In this document: piece by piece, positions 1 to 8,904 of the stretch
Position numbering within the stretch: the stretch's first letter is position 1
How the letters are laid out: each line of letters opens with the position of its first letter
Assembly (NCBI GenBank): GCA_963828195.1
Contig: CAWHDT010000007.1
Span: forward strand, 256,001-320,000
Direction of reading: 5' to 3'
DNA from: Candidatus Bathyarchaeota archaeon
GTDB taxonomy: Archaea > Thermoproteota > Bathyarchaeia > Bathyarchaeales > Bathycorpusculaceae
DNA: 64,000 bases
Notes under the pieces: model-generated
The model's database searches: none
Told to the model about the DNA's origin: nothing
The model's input: only the letters and a program-made list of their open reading frames with translations
Made by a program: the position numbers and the translations under genes

Positions 1-40
1 AATATTCAATCCAGGCGTATGAGTCGATGACATATTTCAT
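1..40 (-). CDS. vapC: PIN-domain (VapC) toxin, N-terminal fragment running off the window edge
   Basis: Reverse complement of 1-40 reads MKYVIDSYAWIEY, a typical PIN N-terminal hhDS motif. Its ATG overlaps the TGA of the upstream antitoxin (ATGA). Confidence 0.8.
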   Translation of the reverse strand, partial: MKYVIDSYAWIEY

Positions 41-231
41 AGGCAGCGGTCCTTGTGGTCTCTAAGATCGGCGGTGTCGGTTTTTTTCATGGTTCCAAAC
101 ATGCTTTCTGTCTTTGCGTAGTGTTCGATTAATATTTTGTTTATTTCTTGGCTGATTTTTCGGGCGCCCGCTTTCTCTTTTAGCGTTTGGTAGACATCGT
201 CACGTAAGATTATGGTTGTCTTTTTAGCCAT
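37..231 (-). CDS. VapB-type antitoxin (64 aa)
   Basis: MAKKTTIILRDDVYQTLK... is RHH-like and ends in an SMFG..DLRD tail. It is translationally coupled to the PIN gene. The start at ATG 231 is preferred to the 315 ORF start. Confidence 0.75.
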   Translation of the reverse strand: MAKKTTIILRDDVYQTLKEKAGARKISQEINKILIEHYAKTESMFGTMKKTDTADLRDHKDRCL

Positions 232-469
232 AAACATCACCATAAACATATATGGCAAGGCAGATTTTAAAATTACCGCTTTTGACACAACTGCAAATGC
301 AACGCTATTTTGCAACGAAGGGTTCTTGAAGAAACAAGGGATAGGGCAAAATTAAGAATAAACTGGCGGGCAAACGGATTCTTAAAATCCAATTTTCTAC
401 GAAACATTTGAAGTCTGGACCAAGCGAAGGGTTAAACGGGTGGCAGTGGCAATAACATATGGTGTCTCC

Positions 470-705
470 TTGAAAGTTGCTATTGACAAGCAGGGGCGTA
501 TTGTCATTCCTAAAGAGATCAGGGAGAAGTATGGTCTTTTGGAGGAGGTAAGCTGGTGTTGGTAGCCCGAGAAGACGCTATTGAGCTGATTCCGCTGGCT
601 AAAGAAGATGATTTGGCAGTTCGTTCTCTAAAAGAGCCATGCAAAACTGGTAACCCCGAATCACGCGATAGAGCTTTCTCACGGGAGAATGCTTGGAAAC
701 GATGA
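470..705 (+). pseudogene. AbrB/MazE-like antitoxin, frameshifted
   Basis: TTG470 gives MKVAIDKQGRIVIPKEIREKYGL (AbrB signature). A base is missing in the T-run at ~537-540, and another frame continues GGGKLVLVAREDAIELIP...WKR* to TGA 703-705. Confidence 0.8.
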
Positions 706-838
706 GGCTAATCGACGCAGACATCCTTTCCTACGCTCTTTTCCAGAAACATGACGCTCACCCATATTGCTGACCCTTGCTGCAAAATGCATCGAGAAAG
801 AGTCGTTTAGAAATGCTCAAGCCTGTAAGCGCAAATTA
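702..838 (+). pseudogene. Truncated PIN/VapC toxin
   Basis: ATG702 overlaps the antitoxin stop. It reads MRLIDADILSYALFQKHDAHPYC, then in-frame TGA at 771-773, and the rest of the domain is not recognisable. Confidence 0.7.
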
Positions 839-906
839 AATATAAAGAAAAGTAAGTAACTGGATGGTATTAGAGAACTATCAACGGCGGAGGGAATAAT
901 TAAGCC

Positions 907-1377
907 ATGATATCATTCAGCTTTCAAGATGCTGTGGCAGTTGCGGGATTGATTGCTGGAGTAATCGTCTCGGGAATAGGTGTTCTGGAGTACCGAGACT
1001 CCGTAACTTTGAGACGCGCTGAATGGGCTCATAAGTTATACCATGAATTTTATGTGGATCCTCAATTAAAGAAAATTAGAGAGATGGTGGACTCAGATGA
1101 CGGCAGAAAAAGAATCAGCGCCATATTGGAAAAACCTGAAAGCTCGCTTGCTGCAGAAGAAAGCGAAATTTGTGAGGGCTTCAATGATTACCTCAATTTC
1201 TTCGAGTTTATGATGTACCTTAGAAAAACGAAAGCGCTTAGAGATACTGATATTGCTGATATGTTCAAATACTATTTGGGGCTTCTCAGTTTATCAACGT
1301 CAATTTTGGGTTATCTTAAACGCGAAGGATATGAACTACTTGCACATTATCTTGATTTAGGGAAGTCGAAGGCTTGA
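907..1377 (+). CDS. Hypothetical protein with N-terminal TM helix (DUF4760-like)
   Basis: Hydrophobic N-terminus, then a helical domain with a YLNFFE motif. Confidence 0.55.
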   Translation: MISFSFQDAVAVAGLIAGVIVSGIGVLEYRDSVTLRRAEWAHKLYHEFYVDPQLKKIREMVDSDDGRKRISAILEKPESSLAAEESEICEGFNDYLNFFEFMMYLRKTKALRDTDIADMFKYYLGLLSLSTSILGYLKREGYELLAHYLDLGKSKA

Positions 1378-1823
1378 CGGCGAAGATATTCGTTTATGGA
1401 ACTTTAATGCGGGAAAATATAGATAAAATCGATCAGATGAGCCAACAGACATTGATGCGTTTTATCGGCAACGGTACGATAGAGGCAGAATTATTTGACT
1501 TAGGCGAGTTTCCCGGAGCTATTGAAAAGAAGGGAAATTACGTCTATGGCGAGGTTTTTGAGATTAAAGATTCAGATGAAGTCTTCTGCTTGTTAGACAA
1601 GTATGAGGAGTACGATCCGAAAAATCCCGCAGGTAGTCTTTTTGTAAGAAAAACGACAAAGGTTCTGATGACTGATAGAAGAACGTTCCGCGCGTCAGCC
1701 TATTTCTACAATGGGCGTACGGAAGGCTTAAGAAAAATCGCCAGCGGCAAATGGAAAAAGCCGACTAAAAAAGAACTGCCAAAAGCAATGGCGTATGAAT
1801 TTTCAACAAATCTCGACCAATAA
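1374..1823 (+). CDS. Gamma-glutamylcyclotransferase (AIG2-like) family protein
   Basis: IFVYGTLM, VYGEVF and LDxYE motifs. Overlaps the upstream stop by 4 nt. Confidence 0.85.
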   Translation: MTAKIFVYGTLMRENIDKIDQMSQQTLMRFIGNGTIEAELFDLGEFPGAIEKKGNYVYGEVFEIKDSDEVFCLLDKYEEYDPKNPAGSLFVRKTTKVLMTDRRTFRASAYFYNGRTEGLRKIASGKWKKPTKKELPKAMAYEFSTNLDQ

Positions 1824-1869
1824 ACAAGCAGAATAATCTCTCAGATTCCTAAATTCAAAGAGCGATCTG

Positions 1870-1898
1870 TGGCGGGCGGAAAGTTTCGAACCCTCGGG
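1870..1898 (-). other. Degenerate tRNA 3'-end-like fragment (possible att remnant)
   Basis: Minus strand CCCGAGGGTTCGAAACTTTCCGCCCGCCA forms a T-arm (GAGGG/TTCGAAA/CTTTC) followed by an acceptor-like strand. No 5' half was found. Confidence 0.35.
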
Positions 1899-1946
1899 CT
1901 CTGCATCGCTTAGCCAAGCCCAGAAGACTACAGACGTCCGTTGCCA

Positions 1947-2723
1947 TTAGCTTGGCTTTTCGATCTCCAAACTGGCAACGTACTCCAGATTTTTAGGTGG
2001 CTTTTTATCTTCTGAACTGTCAAAGGCGAATTTAGTGTTCCAGCCGCTGTGTTCTGCGGCAAGCTGCAAATGGCAAAGGGCAATGCCCATGTTGATTGGA
2101 TAGTAGCTTCCGCCTACCTTTGATCTGAGGAAGCCAGCTTTGGAGGAGTAGGCGTAGATTGCAGTTGTGTTGCCGGTGAAATACCAGTTTTGATTGTTTA
2201 CGGCTGATGGAGCAAGCCGCGTTGGCTCTAGCAATTCGTCGGCGCCCATTATGTTTGTTATTTCGGTTAGAGGTTTTCTTTTGAACTCTGCAGTGCTGGT
2301 TCTGTATAGTGTTTCCTTCGGATTTCCGAACGCCATCAAAATTATGAATTCCAGATTTGAGGAGTCTGCTGCGTCTTTGGTTGGTTGAGGGATACCGAGC
2401 CAGCAGCTGCCCAGTTCTGTGGCTGAAAAATAAAGGTCTATTTGCTGAAGCATAAAGCCGATGTTGACTTTGTAGGCGTCTTTGGCTTGGGAGAATGCTG
2501 CAATAAAGTGGGGCGCTTTATTTCCAAATTTCCTGGTTACCTGACTTGGCGAAATAATCTTGAATTCTGTCTTTATCCCTGAGTCCAGCGGGTTTAGTGA
2601 CTGTAGATTTTTTGAAATCTCTTCGAGGCGATTTGAGTCAAGGGGCGAGGGGTCATAATCCCTGATTGATTTTCTTTTAAAGATTGCCTGGTAAAGAGCG
2701 TTCTTATCCATTTTCCTGCGCAC
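1947..2723 (-). CDS. Nitroreductase family protein (two-domain)
   Basis: KRKSIRDY, LGSCWLG and RLAPSAVNNQNW motifs. The likely start is ATG 2711. Confidence 0.85.
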   Translation of the reverse strand: MRRKMDKNALYQAIFKRKSIRDYDPSPLDSNRLEEISKNLQSLNPLDSGIKTEFKIISPSQVTRKFGNKAPHFIAAFSQAKDAYKVNIGFMLQQIDLYFSATELGSCWLGIPQPTKDAADSSNLEFIILMAFGNPKETLYRTSTAEFKRKPLTEITNIMGADELLEPTRLAPSAVNNQNWYFTGNTTAIYAYSSKAGFLRSKVGGSYYPINMGIALCHLQLAAEHSGWNTKFAFDSSEDKKPPKNLEYVASLEIEKPS

Positions 2724-2937
2724 TCCGCGAATTCTGATTATTTACTTCTGGACTGAGACTTTAAAACTTGCTGTGTGAGCCACTGCAGTGTTCCGTCAGC
2801 AGTATCCTGAAATATGCGAGCTAGACACAAATCCACCGCAGAAACGGGAGGAAACGCCCAAAGCCCTCGGGTTCAACGCCCAGTTTTGAAAGCTCCTCTG
2901 CCAGCGCCCAACCAAAAAGCCGCAACCAGCAAAACAT

Positions 2938-3118
2938 CCGCCCGTATCCGACAATAACTTCAACAATGAGCCATCATGCAAAGTCGCAACCCGCCCATCC
3001 CAAAGTCGCATCGCGAAATCGCCTTCAAGCCCCAAACCAAAAAACCAACCCAAAACGCAAAAACCCCAAGCGGAAAGTCGCAACTTACGCCAAACCAAAA
3101 GTCGCAACTTAAAAAAAA
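2938..3118 (+). repeat. Dispersed intergenic repeat family A, copy 1 (four AAAGTCGCAAC motifs)
   Basis: Motifs start at 2980, 3002, 3074 and 3098. The copy aligns almost without gaps to the reverse complement of 61569-61747. Confidence 0.85.
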
Positions 3119-3250
3119 CCGGAAAAAAACCAAACCCAGAAACAGCCAACGCCAAGCAGCTCCAAAATTTCATGGGGATTTTTAACAAAAAAAGCAAGAA
3201 GAGTTTTATTGCAGATGGTTTCATATTTAGGTATTAAAGGGCATTAGTGT

Positions 3251-3763
3251 ATGTTATCGACTATTGATGATTCAACTTTGATTAAAGTTGCAATGGCTCT
3301 TGGAGACGAGGAAGCTGTCAGGCTTATTGAATTCCTCAAAGGCGTAGAAGAAATCACGGACGACGAAATAGCCAACAAAACAGGCATCCGCCTAAACACA
3401 GTGCGCAAAATCCTCTACAAACTCTACGACCACTCGCTTGTAAGCCTACGCAGAACAAGAGATCCCAAAACAGGCTGGTTCATTTTCCACTGGAGACTCC
3501 AACCCGACCAACTCGAAGGATTCATACTGAGCCAAAAACGCCGGGTTCTTGAGAAACTCAACGTCCGCCTAGAATACGAGAAAAACCATGACTTTTACTA
3601 CTGCGGAAGCCCAGAATGCAAACGGGTACCTTTCGAAGAAGCTGTTGAACTGGTTTTCCACTGCAGCAACTGCAGCAAACCGCTGGTGCATTTTGCAAAC
3701 GAAAAAATGATAAGCAAATTAACTGAGAAAGTGGATACGTTAAGGAAGGAACTTGGTGAGTAA
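3251..3763 (+). CDS. tfe: Transcription factor E alpha
   Basis: wHTH (TDDEIA...VRKILYKLY, GWFIFHW) and a Zn ribbon (C..C, FHCSNC). Confidence 0.95.
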   Translation: MLSTIDDSTLIKVAMALGDEEAVRLIEFLKGVEEITDDEIANKTGIRLNTVRKILYKLYDHSLVSLRRTRDPKTGWFIFHWRLQPDQLEGFILSQKRRVLEKLNVRLEYEKNHDFYYCGSPECKRVPFEEAVELVFHCSNCSKPLVHFANEKMISKLTEKVDTLRKELGE

Positions 3764-4277
3764 GCAGCTTCCTTCGAGGGAGCAAGCAACCGCGCTTCTA
3801 CGCAAATACAATTGCCCCACCAAAGTCATTAAACACTGCGAAGAAGTCGCTAAACTAGCTGTAGAAATCGCAGGGAAACTTGGGGAAAAAGGCATAAAAA
3901 TCAACTTAACCCTTGTTGAAGACGGCGCTCTTCTGCACGATATTGGACGCTCAAAAACCCACGCGGTTGACCACGGAGTTGTCGGCGCAAAAATCGCTGA
4001 ATCAGAAGGTTTGCCTGAAGATTTGGTTAGGATTATTAGGCGGCATGTCGGCGGAGGAATCACGTCTCAGGAAGCTGAGGTGTTCGGTTGGCCAAAAGAT
4101 GTTTATGAACCCGTCACTTTGGAGGATAAAATTGTTTCATACGCTGACAAGCTGATTGATAAGTCGAAGAGGGTCCCGATTGACGTGGAGATCGAGAAAC
4201 TCAAAGTTGAGCACAGAGCCGCTGCGGAAAGAGTTAGAAAACTCCATGAAGAAATAACTTGTTTGCTGGGAAACTAA
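3753..4277 (+). CDS. HDIG-domain metalloprotein (TIGR00295-like)
   Basis: H...LLHDIGR, HGVVG, RHVGGG and YADKL motifs. It is a usual neighbour of tfe. Confidence 0.9.
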   Translation: MVSKQLPSREQATALLRKYNCPTKVIKHCEEVAKLAVEIAGKLGEKGIKINLTLVEDGALLHDIGRSKTHAVDHGVVGAKIAESEGLPEDLVRIIRRHVGGGITSQEAEVFGWPKDVYEPVTLEDKIVSYADKLIDKSKRVPIDVEIEKLKVEHRAAAERVRKLHEEITCLLGN

Positions 4278-4279
4278 AA

Positions 4280-5044
4280 ATGGCGACCTTAACGCTGCTT
4301 GTTAAAGCTTCCAGTTCTGGGCAACTGAGACAGGTAGATGAGCTGTTGAAATCTGAGTTTGAAAACTTGAATTTAGAAGTAAAAGTTTTGGGTAACTCAG
4401 TTAACAGGTGGGTCCAAGTTTCGCTTTCAGGAGAAGACGAAGTATTAGCTACAAGCTACATCAACAAAAACATAGGCACCTGCCCCGTAAACATAAAAAA
4501 CGTAGACAAATTTTCGGTTTTAAAGGGCTACATTTCCAAAGTCAACGCCGCCAAACAAGAATTGAAGGTGGATGTAGGCGTTTTCGAGCCGAAAGTAATT
4601 CAGGCAACCATACCTTTGGCATATTTACAAGGCCAACTTGCTGACGGCAGAAAAGTTGATTTAAAAACAATGTCTGAAGCCTACGGGTTTTACCCGAATT
4701 TGCCGTTAAGCGTCAAAGCAACCTGTTTAAACGGTGAAGGAGAAAACTTTTTGCAAGCGGAGTTATCGACGGATCAAATTGGAAAAATACGTTTATGGCA
4801 GCAGTCTCTTTTGGACAGGCTGATTGTTTTAGGTTCATCCGAAGCCGAGATCGAGACGGTGCTTGAACGGACCAGGCTGAACAGGGATGTTATTGGTGTG
4901 GAGAAGTTGGGGTTGTTTGAGCAGGCTTTAACCTGTAAGCTTGGAACAGACGCAACCGGCTTGATCCCGAAAATAGGGAGGTACATGAAACACTCGACGT
5001 TTGTCGTTTTTAGCCCCAGAAAAGCTCAGGGGATTTATCGGTAA
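4280..5044 (+). CDS. DUF2110 family protein
   Basis: Position in the conserved tfe-HD-DUF2110 order. C-terminal LGLFEQALTCKLGTDATGLIPKIG. Confidence 0.75.
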   Translation: MATLTLLVKASSSGQLRQVDELLKSEFENLNLEVKVLGNSVNRWVQVSLSGEDEVLATSYINKNIGTCPVNIKNVDKFSVLKGYISKVNAAKQELKVDVGVFEPKVIQATIPLAYLQGQLADGRKVDLKTMSEAYGFYPNLPLSVKATCLNGEGENFLQAELSTDQIGKIRLWQQSLLDRLIVLGSSEAEIETVLERTRLNRDVIGVEKLGLFEQALTCKLGTDATGLIPKIGRYMKHSTFVVFSPRKAQGIYR

Positions 5045-5133
5045 ATCGTCATTAAATTTATTAATAGTTTACACTATTAGTTGTTACAATCTATTATCCG
5101 AATGCGGCTAATAGGAAGAGGGGGAAAGTTTAC

Positions 5134-5295
5134 ATGAGCCAAGGCGAAGGAATAGAGCGAAAAAAATACAGAATTGATATTGGGGCTTATGGCAGCATAG
5201 GCATCGAAGCGCCAACTAAGAAGGAATGTTTGGAGCTCTTTAAGGAAGTCACAAGGACCCGGCGTGACTCAAGGATAGATGAAGCAATAAGATAA
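5134..5295 (+). CDS. Small hypothetical protein (53 aa; not in ORF track)
   Basis: MSQGEGIERKKYRIDIGAYGSIGIEAPTKKECLELFKEVTRTRRDSRIDEAIR. Preceded by a purine-rich GAGGGGG RBS and an upstream TTTATTAA. Confidence 0.6.
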   Translation: MSQGEGIERKKYRIDIGAYGSIGIEAPTKKECLELFKEVTRTRRDSRIDEAIR

Positions 5296-5371
5296 GAAAA
5301 GCACCAGCATCAATTCGTCTGTTTCTATTTTTGCCCAAAAAAAGGCAAGTTATAGATTATCTGCTTCAATT

Positions 5372-5527
5372 TTAAAGAACATCGTGTTCTTCCTTGCAAT
5401 GTCTCTCGTAGTCCTCTTTGGTATCATATATTGATTGGTCCAGAGGGCACTTGAATTTTTTATGCGGGGTCATTTCAGGTTTTGGTATCGTGATTTTAGA
5501 GTCTTTTCTACAAGAATCTTCTTTCAA
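5372..5527 (-). CDS. Small C2H2-like zinc-finger protein (51 aa; not in ORF track)
   Basis: GGAGGTGA RBS, then TTG. Sequence ...FKCPLDQSIYDTKEDYERHCKEEH has C-x2-D-x12-H-x4-H. Confidence 0.7.
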   Translation of the reverse strand: MKEDSCRKDSKITIPKPEMTPHKKFKCPLDQSIYDTKEDYERHCKEEHDVL

Positions 5528-5692
5528 ACAAATTCACCTCCAATCAAAAAACGTACTCCAAAACAACTAACTAGAAATGTAAAACAATTATTAAAACCAT
5601 GTGACTGCTCTTGTCTCCAATAAAGAGGAATTGGAAAAACAGTTTTCCATTAAGCGTCACAACTGAAAAAAAAATAATTGATCATAAATAAC

Positions 5693-6106
5693 TTATTGAA
5701 TTTTTTTAAGTGCATCTTCCAGCTGACTGAAGCTTTTGATAAGCATGTCAGAATGCGCTATAATCCATGGACTCAAGCACTCTATATCCGAAATCACTAC
5801 GATTTTTTTGCCTTTACGTTTAGCGTAAAACAGCTCCATGCATGCCCCCGCTGATAGTTTAGGCAGATAAACCACCATGACGTCGCATCTGTCAGCGTCA
5901 TCCAGATCCCTTTGAATAAAATCAAACGCCGAAACTTTGTCCCACCAGCATTCCTCGTTTCCTTTATAGAGAATTTTTTCTCTCTTCCAGGGGTCAATAA
6001 CTTCAAAACCCATCTTGCCGCAGATTTCAGTAATTTTTCCGCGGTATTCTTGATTGTTTTCCATGCCCAGAATGGGCCCAGATATGAACACTTGTTTCTT
6101 CATCAC
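5693..6106 (-). CDS. Nucleoside 2-deoxyribosyltransferase-like protein
   Basis: VFISGP, RDLDDADRCD and SAGACMELFYA motifs. Confidence 0.8.
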   Translation of the reverse strand: MMKKQVFISGPILGMENNQEYRGKITEICGKMGFEVIDPWKREKILYKGNEECWWDKVSAFDFIQRDLDDADRCDVMVVYLPKLSAGACMELFYAKRKGKKIVVISDIECLSPWIIAHSDMLIKSFSQLEDALKKIQ

Positions 6107-6262
6107 TTCAATCTACCTCGGGAACTGGGAAAGCTTGGAAATGGATAGCTTGATTAAACAGGCTCTATTGGCTCGTAAAGATAAGCTACCTACGGTTTTC
6201 TTAACTTTTCCCTCGCCGAATTGGGATGGACAATCTGTGATAAAGCTGATGGAGCAAGTCGC

Positions 6263-6452
6263 GGCAACCTCTACTCATCACCAGCAGTAGTCAACGGAAT
6301 CGCATACTTCGGCTCGTACGACCAAACGTTTACGCCACAGGTACACTAACAAGTAGCTCAAGCATACCCATCGTCATCTACTACGCGATTATCATACCGT
6401 CTTAATTGTAATAATCGCCATTGCAATTTATGTAAATAAGAAAACGGCGTTA
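6263..6452 (+). pseudogene. Remnant of a PQQ-repeat beta-propeller surface protein with C-terminal TM anchor
   Basis: GNLYSSPAVVNGIAYFGSYD, then (frameshift) VYATGTLTSSSSIPIVIYYAIII, then a frameshifted hydrophobic tail and KK. No start codon. Confidence 0.65.
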
Positions 6453-6587
6453 GCCAGTTTCCAACAATTCCCCTTTTCATTTAATCTTTCAAAGGGCTAA
6501 ATTATTTGGGTGATTCAAATAAGAGGCCTCTTCTTTTTTCTGCGAAGGAATTGTTTTTGTTTGCTTTTTGCGGCTAATTTTCCTTAG

Positions 6588-6751
6588 CAATTTTAAATTT
6601 TAAAAGAACAACAACACATAGAATTCAAATGTTGTTCTTTTTGGCAAAATTTTAAAAGAAGAAGAAGCTGGTGAAAACAATTTTTCTTCTTCTTCCTGCC
6701 ACATTTGTGGCGGTTTTTTTGGCGCAAATACTATGCAGGTCTATAGGTAGG
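6588..6751 (+). repeat. Dispersed repeat family B, copy 1 (blocks 1+2)
   Basis: Perfect stems AAAAGAACAACA(6602)/TGTTGTTCTTTT(6630) and AAGAAGAAGAA(6656)/TTCTTCTTCTT(6684), then AAATACTA..GGTCTATAGGTAGG. Homologous to 21609-21794. Confidence 0.85.
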
Positions 6752-6954
6752 CGTGGGGGTAGATTTAGAGGTTGTTTCAGGTCGATTTTCAGATTTAGGG
6801 TTTGGATTTGAGCTATAGGCACGGCGAAATTGGAAAAACGGTTTAAAACCAAGCAAAAACATTTCTGCCCTTTACTCCGTAGACCAGAAAACTGAGTCAC
6901 TTATAACATCTAGAAAATCAGCTTTTTAGCAAACAAAAAAGTCGGAAACGCCAA

Positions 6955-7029
6955 TGGGGCTGCCCGGATTTGAACCGGAGTCTATAGAGCCCAAGTCTAC
7001 AAGCCTAGACCAAGCTAGCCGACAGCCCC
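6955..7029 (-). tRNA. tRNA-Pro(UGG), intronless, CCA not encoded
   Basis: Acceptor stem GGGGCTG/CAGCCCC-A. Anticodon arm GTAGA-CTTGGGC-TCTAT. T-arm TCCGG-TTCAAAT-CCGGG. Confidence 0.95.
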
Positions 7030-7187
7030 GACGTGTTGCAGGGTAGATAATTTCTTTGCATCATAAAAACCTTAGCTACGCCACGGTGAGGCTGCATCAA
7101 TAAATGAGTAACAAGTACATTTACTGGCTCGGACGGCAAAAACTTATTAATTAAAGCCCTACTGCATAAGGTAAAAGGGAGCTCAAC

Positions 7188-7535
7188 GTGTCCTTCGCAT
7201 CTAGACTCAAAGGTTTCAACCGCATTGAATTAGCAGCATTAGCTTTCTACGCTATCAGCGGAATAATCCTTTTGGTTTTTCTGCCCTTAACTGGTTTTCC
7301 ACCGCAGCTTGCTTTACTTGGCATCGTCAGCTTAATAACGGCTTACGGCCTCCTCGTAAAAAGAGGTTGGGCACCTTGGATACTGTTTATCTTGTTCGCT
7401 GGAGCATCAACCTTCTCAATCTACACCTTAGCCGTCGCAGGATTTAGCAACCCGTTGTTAGGCATAAGTCTGACTGTTTATGCGGTGCTCACGTGGGTAT
7501 TTGCAGGGTACATCCTGTTAATAAAGAGAAGATAA
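7188..7535 (+). CDS. Hypothetical 4-TM membrane protein
   Basis: Four hydrophobic segments. TTATTAA promoter-like element upstream. Confidence 0.7.
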   Translation: MSFASRLKGFNRIELAALAFYAISGIILLVFLPLTGFPPQLALLGIVSLITAYGLLVKRGWAPWILFILFAGASTFSIYTLAVAGFSNPLLGISLTVYAVLTWVFAGYILLIKRR

Positions 7536-7653
7536 ATTCAAGCCAACCCATTAGGGACTACTTTTAATTGTTGCGTTAATTTTTGAAAAACGCTAAATTT
7601 TCCTCTAACCTGCAAAAAGAAGCACAAAAATTCTTCAGATATTGGGCTTAACG

Positions 7654-8904
7654 CTAAATCTTGCCTGAAACACCACGGAAAAGCGTAACAGCAACTTCTT
7701 CATCAACATCCAGAAACTGCTCATCTTCGGGAATCTCAACAAACCCGTCAGCTTTAGCTAAAGTGGTGATTGCGCCCGAAGCGCCAGTTTCTACGGGTTC
7801 AGCGATCAATCGGCAGTCCTCATCAAATTCTAACTTAACCATGACGAATGTCCTTCTGCCTTTAGCACTGAACATTCGTGCGCCAGCAACAGCTCTAACT
7901 ATTTTCATAGCAGCCACGGGTCTGCCAGCTAACCGCTGAATCAGGGGTCTAGCAAGCAAATAGAAAAGCAGCAGTGCAGAGGTTGGATTACCAGGCAACG
8001 AAAAAACCGGTTTATCTCCCACAAACGCGACCGTCGTGGGTTTCCCAGGCTTAACTGCTATGCCGTAAACAACTATGCCTGGTTTACCAAGCGAATCCAC
8101 GATTTGCGGGGTATAATCTCTTGGGCCCACCGAGACGCCGCCAGATGTAATCACCATGTCCGCTGAAGCTAAAGCAGTTTGCAAGGCTTTCGCTAAAGCC
8201 GCTTTATCATCTGCGACAACCCCGAAGAAAACTGGTTTTCCGCCGCTTTCAATCACTGCTGTGCTTAGGCTGTAAGCGTTAATGTCGTAGATTTTTCCCG
8301 CGGGCAAAACCTTGCCAGGCTCAGTCACTTCACCGCCCGTAGATAAAACCGCAACTATGGGGATTTTTGAAACTTTAGCCGCAGTTAAACCTAAAGCCGC
8401 TAAAACGCCGATTTCCGAAGACCCCAAAACCACCCCTTTTTTAAGCACTGCTTCGCCTTTCTTGATGTCTGAGCCCTTCTTCATAACATTCTCGTAAACG
8501 GTGACAGCGCCATAAACGTGCAAATCATCATCTTCCCTCTCTGTGTCTTCAACCATAACCACCGCGTTTGCACCTTCAGGAATCGGGGCGCCAGTAACGA
8601 TTTCAACGGCTTCACCCTTCGCCAAAACCATTTTCGGCTGCTCACCAGCATTTACGGCGCCGCAAACCTTCAGGGTTACAGGTTGATTTTCATCTGCGCA
8701 GGAAGTGTCCTCGGCTTTGACAGCGTAGCCGTCTACAGTTGAACGGTTAAACGGTGGAATGTCAAGCGTTGAAACCACATCTTCGCTGAGAACACGGTTG
8801 TAAGCTTCAAGCAGCGCCGCTTCTTCTTCACCTAAAACCGCAGGCGTAAAGTGGTCTCTGATTGTTTTTTGCGCCTCGTCAAAAGTCATAAGCTTCCTAA
8901 ACAT
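7654..8904 (-). CDS. moeA: Molybdopterin molybdotransferase MoeA
   Basis: PPFNRSTVDGYA, TSGGVSVG, KPGKP and LPGNP motifs. Confidence 0.95.
   Translation of the reverse strand: MFRKLMTFDEAQKTIRDHFTPAVLGEEEAALLEAYNRVLSEDVVSTLDIPPFNRSTVDGYAVKAEDTSCADENQPVTLKVCGAVNAGEQPKMVLAKGEAVEIVTGAPIPEGANAVVMVEDTEREDDDLHVYGAVTVYENVMKKGSDIKKGEAVLKKGVVLGSSEIGVLAALGLTAAKVSKIPIVAVLSTGGEVTEPGKVLPAGKIYDINAYSLSTAVIESGGKPVFFGVVADDKAALAKALQTALASADMVITSGGVSVGPRDYTPQIVDSLGKPGIVVYGIAVKPGKPTTVAFVGDKPVFSLPGNPTSALLLFYLLARPLIQRLAGRPVAAMKIVRAVAGARMFSAKGRRTFVMVKLEFDEDCRLIAEPVETGASGAITTLAKADGFVEIPEDEQFLDVDEEVAVTLFRGVSGKI

Noticed and set aside
771-773. In-frame TGA in the PIN gene as selenocysteine or readthrough
   Set aside because: The downstream sequence does not continue a PIN domain and the partner gene is also broken. 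Simple decay explains it.
2980-3109. Repeat A as a CRISPR array or an ORB-containing origin
   Set aside because: The repeats are only 11 bp with irregular 22/72/24 spacing. There are no cas or cdc6 genes, and no match to the ORB TCCA..GAAA/G-string consensus.
2796-3224. ORFs 2796-3224(-), 2976-3185(+), 61429-61701(-) and 61442-61714(+) over repeat A
   Set aside because: They are low-complexity K/P/Q or F/G/L translations, and the frame is not maintained between the two homologous copies. The element is better explained as non-coding.
6652-6900. ORFs 6652-6900(-) and 21532-21774(-)
   Set aside because: They overlap repeat B and translate its GAA/TTC runs. No protein-like features.
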